The position numbers were made by a program, and so were the translations under genes. The notes beneath the pieces are model-generated. The model saw only the letters and a program-made list of their open reading frames with translations, searched no databases and was not told the DNA's origin. Below, piece after piece: positions 58,468 to 64,000 of a stretch of DNA of 64,000 nt (the stretch's first letter is position 1; each line of letters begins with the position of its first letter). The DNA comes from Candidatus Saccharimonadales bacterium (GTDB taxonomy: Bacteria > Patescibacteriota > Saccharimonadia > Saccharimonadales > UBA10212), in NCBI GenBank assembly GCA_038245195.1, contig JBBRSU010000003.1, forward strand, positions 8,850-72,849, written 5' to 3'.

Positions 58468-58842
58468 CTATTTACGACCTGATGGTGACCAGCGAACGGC
58501 TAGGTTATACACCATATAGCCTAGGACCATGTAAGCCGCCATGGCGAACAGGGCCACCCAGTCAATGTACCAGTTGCCCGGGGTGTGGGTTGGGTTAGGG
58601 AAAACCGCCCGAAATGGCGCCAATAGCACATCGGTTGTGCTAAATGCCCAGTGAACAAAGCTACCATGAGCGCTGGTGAAGAAAAACTTCATAATTACGC
58701 GCAGGGTGAGCAGTAGTTCCGCCAGGTTGACGAAAAGATCCACCATTCTCGCCACCATCGATTTGTTAAGTTTATAGAAGTCCAGCATGGGTTCTCCTTT
58801 AGTTAATAAGCTCATGATAGTCCCGAGTCTGCAAATAAGCAA
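58468..58842 (-). CDS. YggT-family small membrane protein
   Basis: …TDVLLAPFRAVFP… and a second TM helix fit the YGGT family. The true start is probably the internal Met (MLDFYK, about 58788). Confidence 0.5.
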   Translation of the reverse strand: MLICRLGTIMSLLTKGEPMLDFYKLNKSMVARMVDLFVNLAELLLTLRVIMKFFFTSAHGSFVHWAFSTTDVLLAPFRAVFPNPTHTPGNWYIDWVALFAMAAYMVLGYMVYNLAVRWSPSGRK

Positions 58843-58885
58843 CTATCTATCCACAATTTTGCATAAATTGCGAACACTAACCCTG

Positions 58886-59269
58886 TTAATTGTTGTATAG
58901 TTTACTATCTAGCTCATGTATTCTTTTATGGTCAAGACCAAAATAATGAGCGACTTCGTGCCATACAGTGTGACCAATGTTAGACCTTAGCTCTTCCATT
59001 GTCCGGCTAACCGCCAGCAATGGACCTTTAAATAGGCTGATTTTATCGGGCAAGAGTTTCAGACTGCCATTGCGGGCCGGCAGTGGCACGCCTTCGTATA
59101 AACCAAATAGCGTTTCGTTGGGATAAAGATTCAACCGAACCCGTTGTTCAGGCGTGGGCTGGTCTTCTAATATAAAAGCCACATTCTGTATTCGCTGGTT
59201 ATATGGTTTAGGGATGGCTTCGATAGCCTGGCTCAACAGCTCTTCAAATTGGGTGTCACTAACTTCCAT
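58886..59269 (-). CDS. zincin-like metallopeptidase (DUF1025-type)
   Basis: HTVWHEVAHYFGLDH carries HExxH plus a downstream Asp/His ligand, in a 127-aa protein. Confidence 0.55.
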   Translation of the reverse strand: MEVSDTQFEELLSQAIEAIPKPYNQRIQNVAFILEDQPTPEQRVRLNLYPNETLFGLYEGVPLPARNGSLKLLPDKISLFKGPLLAVSRTMEELRSNIGHTVWHEVAHYFGLDHKRIHELDSKLYNN

Positions 59270-59427
59270 ATGTTCTAGTTTAGCAATAAAGATTGCGGAA
59301 TCGATTAGTGCAATTATGGCTTTTTGCCAAAGGTATCTCGTGGGTTTTCTTACTAAGCAGGCGTGGGAAAACGCACAGCAGGCCCGGCTAGTCTCGGCTA
59401 TAGTTGGGCGAGTTATGGGAGGTTATA

Positions 59428-59913
59428 ATGATAAAAAAAGTCATCAGCTTAACTATGGTAGTCGCTACCCTGATTGTGTACCTGCAGAGCCAGATGCAAT
59501 CCAACGACCCGTTGTTTTTGTTTCTTTCTAATAATTTAGTCGTAAATCTTAGTTTGATAGGACTAGCCAGCTTTACAGTTTGGCTGAGTTTCCAAACCAA
59601 ATTTAGAAATTCTTATATATATTGGCTAGTTAGCCGGCTGGCGGTTGTCCTGGTTATAGTGGGCTTAGCCGGTAGTTTATCGGCCAGCTTGGATCGCTAT
59701 ATTCTCGATGTCATAAAACCTTTGGACTACCTGATATTGCTAGAGACAGGAATATTATTTTCAATATGTGCGCTAACTTACGCACACCCGCCGGTTAGAC
59801 TTAATTTGGCTGGCATACGCCGACAATGGAGCCGCCCAGTGCGTGAACCTTTATCGATCCCGAAATTAACTGTTAACGCTTCTAATAACCTACGGTTAAG
59901 CAACCAGGGTTAA
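59428..59913 (+). CDS. hypothetical polytopic membrane protein
   Basis: GGGAGG RBS 6 nt upstream of ATG 59428. Four predicted TM helices. Confidence 0.4.
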   Translation: MIKKVISLTMVVATLIVYLQSQMQSNDPLFLFLSNNLVVNLSLIGLASFTVWLSFQTKFRNSYIYWLVSRLAVVLVIVGLAGSLSASLDRYILDVIKPLDYLILLETGILFSICALTYAHPPVRLNLAGIRRQWSRPVREPLSIPKLTVNASNNLRLSNQG

Positions 59914-60194
59914 AAGAATCTTCATAAACAAAAAAGGGGCCACGAGGGTCCCTTTAGTGCACGATAAGCTCGCCCTAAGGTCCGCTTACCGAAACGAAAA
60001 GTTCATTGCTGGGCTTTCCGTAATCACCTCACGATGACTATCTACAATTCTATTGGCAAGTAGATACATTGTCAAACGCTTGAGTTTATTTCATAAATGC
60101 TTGCGTTTTATTAACAGATGTTGTCCTGTGTATAAACTGTGTAGAAGATTAGTCTCCTATCTTGGATGTTTGATATATCACAGCGTATTTCTTA

Positions 60195-60914
60195 ATGTCC
60201 GCTAAACTATATACAATGAGAGCCAAACGAATTATCTCAATCGACGACATGCGACCGAACGTGTTTGAAGCCCTCAAACGGGCTTATATCAAGCGTGGCG
60301 TCGTGCCCCGTCGGCTTCATTCCAAGAACATGGATCCCCAAGACCAATCCGCGGAGCAAACCCAGCAACCAGCTGAACCGGTCCGGGATACGGTTAGCCG
60401 AAATTTGGTAGGTTCAAACGGGCAGCCTCAGGACGGCTCAGAGACAACCAGCCAAAAACCGGGTCTCCGCCAATCATCACACGATTCTAAATCGGCCAAA
60501 GGTCCCGAAACCCTTACTGAGCTGACTGCAAAGTCTCAAGATATCCTGTTTGAGGTCTCAACTGTGTGGCCATTTACCTTATTCCCAGATACCGTCTGCC
60601 TTGACCGCGAAAAGCTAACCATCGCCAATCGCTATTTTTGGCGGGTAGCAAAAATAACTAGCACGCCTGTTAGCGAGATAATGACGGTTGAGGCCAATGT
60701 CGGACCGTTTTTTGGCTCAGTACACCTAACCTTTCGGTTTTTTGCTGATAACCAACGCACTGTTAACTTTTTGACGCGAAGCCAAGCAGTTCATCTTCAG
60801 CGACTATTGCACGGCTACATTATTGCTCATCGCCGCGAAATTGATACCACTCACGTACCTAAAGATAAGCTGATAACAATGCTGATCGAACTCGGCCAAG
60901 GTGCCCCCGATTAG
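60195..60914 (+). CDS. hypothetical protein
   Basis: ORF with a polar low-complexity middle (…QDQSAEQTQQPAEP…). No motif and no obvious RBS. Confidence 0.35.
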   Translation: MSAKLYTMRAKRIISIDDMRPNVFEALKRAYIKRGVVPRRLHSKNMDPQDQSAEQTQQPAEPVRDTVSRNLVGSNGQPQDGSETTSQKPGLRQSSHDSKSAKGPETLTELTAKSQDILFEVSTVWPFTLFPDTVCLDREKLTIANRYFWRVAKITSTPVSEIMTVEANVGPFFGSVHLTFRFFADNQRTVNFLTRSQAVHLQRLLHGYIIAHRREIDTTHVPKDKLITMLIELGQGAPD

Positions 60915-60919
60915 TTTTT

Positions 60920-62167
60920 TTAGGGATGAGTAGCTGGTGGTGCCGCCTGGCCGGGTGGCTGAATAGCCGTGCCCCGATAACAGCTGACGCTATAAGGAAA
61001 ATCTTGGGTCATCACATAATGATATGTAGTGATGGTTTTGCCATCCAATACAACTTGGCTAGTTAAGCCGTGGCATTCATCTAAGTCGCTGGTGGTCAGA
61101 ATATTGCTGGGGCTCACTTGGGGGCCGGTAATCGGGAAGCCGTCGAGAGCAAACCCAATCACGGTTTTGACGGCGGTGTCTTTTATACAGCTAGATAGGG
61201 TGTGGTAGTGATAAGTGCTACTTTTCTCGGGGTGTCCACCGCAACTGTCTTGGACTTCCCAGGCGCCAGCGTCCCGCCCGCCAGCGTCAAAACCGTCGAA
61301 CAAACTAGCTCCTGTGAGCATTATTCCGACCTGCCCGCCAATGCAGGTTGGGGTTCCATAGGTCGGTGCCGAATTTAGGGCAAAAGTGAAACTTTGGCCT
61401 TTGATGGTATTTGGGTTGCGGTCGTAGCTATAAGCCGGGTCGCTGGGGTTAATCGGGAAAACCCCGGTAGTGTGGTTGGGTAAATCGTTAGTGGTAACAG
61501 TCCTGGTAGTGCCCGAAACATTGTTGCTTAGCTGGGCTTGCCAAGTTACGGCTCCCTGCACTTTTAGTTTTTTGTTCAAATCATATTGAGTAGTACCCAC
61601 AAACCAAGGCCCGCGACTGCCGGCTCCGCCGGCAGTGCCAGCTAAGTTTTGGGCGTAGGTTTGGCAGGCGTAAACTGAGCCAATTTTGGCGGCTGCCGAG
61701 GAATATTGGTTGTCACCAACCGGCAGAATACCGTTGGCATATTTATTACCGTAGTTTTTGGTTGAATCAAGCTGAATGCCCGGCAGATTGGCGGCTACGG
61801 TTGGCTTAACGCTGGTTTTGGTTGATGTTTTCAGGCTGGTAGAAGTAACTGCTTTTTTGGTGGATTGGCTCAAAACGTAGGCCGTAGCCCCAATCGCTAG
61901 TAATAAAAATATGATGGTTGCGACTATCATTAGTTTTTTGTAGTCTTTTTTTGGCGGCAAAATTAGTCTTTCGGTCTGCGGTAGGGCTTGTTCGGTAACA
62001 TGGGCCGGTAAAGCTTCAGTTTCGGGGTCATTAGGTAGCTGGTCTAGGGCTTCTTGGGGCAGTTTGGCTTCCATCTCGGGGTCGTTTTCGATTTTTGGTT
62101 GGGTATTTGTTGGCTCCATACATAAGCATTTTAGCAAACTTCTCAAACAGCGGTAATTTATTGTCAT
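60920..62167 (-). CDS. secreted YHYH-motif protein
   Basis: N-terminal TM/signal. Thr/Ser/Lys-rich linker. C-terminal region with two YHYH/YHYV motifs (…STYHYHTLSS…, …TTYHYVMTQDFPYS…). Confidence 0.5.
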   Translation of the reverse strand: MTINYRCLRSLLKCLCMEPTNTQPKIENDPEMEAKLPQEALDQLPNDPETEALPAHVTEQALPQTERLILPPKKDYKKLMIVATIIFLLLAIGATAYVLSQSTKKAVTSTSLKTSTKTSVKPTVAANLPGIQLDSTKNYGNKYANGILPVGDNQYSSAAAKIGSVYACQTYAQNLAGTAGGAGSRGPWFVGTTQYDLNKKLKVQGAVTWQAQLSNNVSGTTRTVTTNDLPNHTTGVFPINPSDPAYSYDRNPNTIKGQSFTFALNSAPTYGTPTCIGGQVGIMLTGASLFDGFDAGGRDAGAWEVQDSCGGHPEKSSTYHYHTLSSCIKDTAVKTVIGFALDGFPITGPQVSPSNILTTSDLDECHGLTSQVVLDGKTITTYHYVMTQDFPYSVSCYRGTAIQPPGQAAPPATHP

Positions 62168-62279
62168 TAGTATTGTTATTTTATAATTCTTATGCTATAA
62201 TAGTGTTTATCTCTGGTGGATAAGAGCCCTGCTCCCGCCCGGGAGTACCTCATCACCACAACCATTCTCGGAGGTTTCC

Positions 62280-62738
62280 GTGAAATCATTCCTGTTGGTT
62301 TGCTCGATATTGCTGATTTTCTCGGCAACGGCTTCGGCCGGTAATACCGGAAACATCAGCACTGGCTATTCAACGAGCGGCACAACCAAGTTCGTAACCT
62401 TTACGGTCACACTGACGTCCGACAGTCACGCCTCCGCCCCTGGCGCGAGTGTGATGTTTTCAGACTGCCGCGCCGGACTCGGCTTGCCAGTTGGTCCAGA
62501 ACCAAGCTGGTCACAGCACAACGCTGGGAACTTGCAGGTGAACAAAATCGGCAACGTCCAGTGGGATGTCAACCGGCTACCGCCGGTCGGCTCCAAACCA
62601 CTGATCGCTCAACTCCGATTTGCAATTCCGCGACATTCACTGCCTTATAGCGTCTGTCTGCGCGAAAGTGGCGTGCAGTTTTCGACTGGCTATCGCTGGT
62701 CGAGCAACATGCGGTTCTTCCTGAAGCCACGCGTGTAG
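62280..62738 (+). CDS. small secreted hypothetical protein encoded by a GC-rich, compositionally atypical gene
   Basis: GTG start 5 nt after a GGAGG RBS, with TATAAT-like hexamers upstream (TATAAT 62183-62188, CTATAAT 62195-62201). Signal peptide MKSFLLVCSILLIFSATASA. Codon usage is rich in GC3 (about 55-58% GC against about 48% for the neighbours). Confidence 0.5.
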   Translation: MKSFLLVCSILLIFSATASAGNTGNISTGYSTSGTTKFVTFTVTLTSDSHASAPGASVMFSDCRAGLGLPVGPEPSWSQHNAGNLQVNKIGNVQWDVNRLPPVGSKPLIAQLRFAIPRHSLPYSVCLRESGVQFSTGYRWSSNMRFFLKPRV

Positions 62739-62752
62739 TGAGGTACAACAAA

Positions 62753-62782
62753 CCGGGGAATCTCCATATCGGAGATTCCCCG
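62753..62782. terminator. strong bidirectional rho-independent terminator between convergent genes
   Basis: Perfect 13-bp stem CCGGGGAATCTCC-ATAT-GGAGATTCCCCGG. Confidence 0.6.
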
Positions 62783-62811
62783 GTGCTACACCCTAGAAAT
62801 GGGTTTTTTTA

Positions 62812-64000
62812 TTACTTTTCTACGAAAGTCAGGGCTTGGCCCGGCTTGCCGGCTCGGCCGGCACGGCCAATTCGGTGCACATAATCATCGTAGGTATTAG
62901 GCGTGTCGTAATTGATTACGTGGGTGATGTCTTTAACATCTATACCACGGGCTGCCACATCAGTAGCTACTAGGATATTTATGCGATTGTCGCGGAAACT
63001 ATCTAGGGCCCGCTGGCGCTGGCCCTGGCTTTTACCACCGTGCAAACTGGCGGCTTTAAAGCCCCTAGCAATTAGTTCTTTGCTTAGCCGCTCAACACCG
63101 TGTTTTGTTTCACCAAACACTAGGACCTTTAAGGCCTCTTGGCTAATCAGTGCTGTATGCAAGCTGTCGATTTTTTCAGTTTTTCCGCTGTAGCGGACTA
63201 CGTCCTGGTTGACGTTTTGGCTGGTCTCACCGGCCTTAACGTTAATCACTACCGGTTCGGTGGCAAAAGTTTCAATCAGACTATTAATTTCCGGGCTGAT
63301 AGTAGCACTAAAAAAGAAGGCTTGGTGTTGGTTAGGCATTTCTTGCAAAATTGAACGAACATCAACAATGAATCCCATGTCTAACATGCGGTCGACTTCG
63401 TCTAAAACCACCATGTCACAGGCACTTAAATTAAGTGTTCGCTGTCTTAGGTGGTCTTTGATACGGCCCGGTGTGCCAATTATCAAACGGGGGTTATGTT
63501 TTAGGGCGGTTAATTGGCGTCCCATAGGAGTTCCGCCTATCAATAAAGCACCTGATAAGCCACTGCTTTTGGCCAAGATTTTACACTGTTCTTCAATCTG
63601 AAGAGCCAATTCGCGGGTGGGTGCAATTATTAGGGCCTGCGAGCTAGGCTGGTGCATAAGTTTGTTCAATATTGGCAAGGCAAAAGCCGCTGTTTTGCCG
63701 GTGCCAGTGTTGGCAATGCCCACCACGTTACGGCCTTCTAGGCCCAAAGTTATGGTTTTATCCTGGATTTCCGAAGGAGTAACGTAGCCTTTAGCGGTTA
63801 CGTTGGCTTTTAAAAGTGGGTGTATGGCAAAGTCGGCGAACTCATGCTGGTGCACATAATCGCTAGCTATCTGTAGTTCGGCCTGTTTGATAAATCGCTC
63901 GGGGTTAATGTGCTGTTTGCGATTGCCCCTAGCCGGACGGCGACTGGGGCCAAAACTTTGGACTCCCGGCCGGCGTGGCTTAGAACGATAATTGTTTTTA
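62812..64000 (-). CDS. DEAD-box ATP-dependent RNA helicase with an Arg/Lys-rich N-terminal extension (partial; continues past window end)
   Basis: Q-motif region. TGTGKT (motif I), PTRELA, DEVD, SAT, ARGID and HRIGRAGR. The frame stays open upstream of the supplied GTG start, all the way to position 64000 (…RSKPRRPGVQSFGPSRRPARGNRKQ…). Confidence 0.85.
   Translation of the reverse strand, partial: KNNYRSKPRRPGVQSFGPSRRPARGNRKQHINPERFIKQAELQIASDYVHQHEFADFAIHPLLKANVTAKGYVTPSEIQDKTITLGLEGRNVVGIANTGTGKTAAFALPILNKLMHQPSSQALIIAPTRELALQIEEQCKILAKSSGLSGALLIGGTPMGRQLTALKHNPRLIIGTPGRIKDHLRQRTLNLSACDMVVLDEVDRMLDMGFIVDVRSILQEMPNQHQAFFFSATISPEINSLIETFATEPVVINVKAGETSQNVNQDVVRYSGKTEKIDSLHTALISQEALKVLVFGETKHGVERLSKELIARGFKAASLHGGKSQGQRQRALDSFRDNRINILVATDVAARGIDVKDITHVINYDTPNTYDDYVHRIGRAGRAGKPGQALTFVEK

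Noticed and set aside
1-64000. CRISPR arrays, rRNA and tRNA genes
   Set aside because: No regularly spaced direct repeats, no rRNA-like conserved blocks, and no cloverleaf-compatible candidates were seen anywhere in the window.

Overview
This 64 kb window is a gene-dense bacterial chromosome segment with about 48-50% GC and short intergenic spacers. Gene content suggests a small-genome, Gram-positive-type lineage, possibly Candidate Phyla Radiation or Saccharibacteria-like. The hints are an alpha2-type glycyl-tRNA synthetase, SipW, a PcsB-like hydrolase next to ftsEX, and Lys/Arg-rich tails on SecA and a DEAD-box helicase. This placement is inference only. Most of the window is housekeeping. 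There is a compact dcw cluster (mraZ-rsmH-ftsL-ftsI-mraY-ftsW-murG-ftsQ) with no Mur ligases or ftsAZ. There is a prfB / M16 peptidase / secA / serS block, and ftsE-ftsX with a coiled-coil CHAP hydrolase and ctpA. Other recognisable genes are pyrG, rpmA, xseAB, recO, glyQS, der, pth, dprA and topA. Two PAS/HAMP histidine kinases and a receiver protein flank a Y-family DNA polymerase whose start overlaps a small upstream ORF. The accessory content most worth a second look: (1) a sigma-70 region-4-type HTH protein followed by an 875-aa cytoplasmic ATPase resembling a type IV coupling protein (TraG/VirD4 C-terminal signature). A 575-bp AT-rich non-coding region with tandem DnaA-box-like 9-mers follows, lying between convergent genes. 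(2) a TasA/camelysin-like secreted protein gene followed by a SipW-type signal peptidase. (3) a single-HKD phospholipase-D-family nuclease at the window edge. (4) a NYN nuclease, a Cas4-like PD-(D/E)xK nuclease, and a GC-rich gene for a small secreted protein. (5) two recurrent sequence motifs in intergenic regions, TTATCCACA and ACTTGTTAAGT. I found no rRNA, tRNA or CRISPR array. Several long non-coding spacers carry stem-loops and may hold small RNAs. All calls rest on motifs read directly from the ORF translations; no database search was possible.
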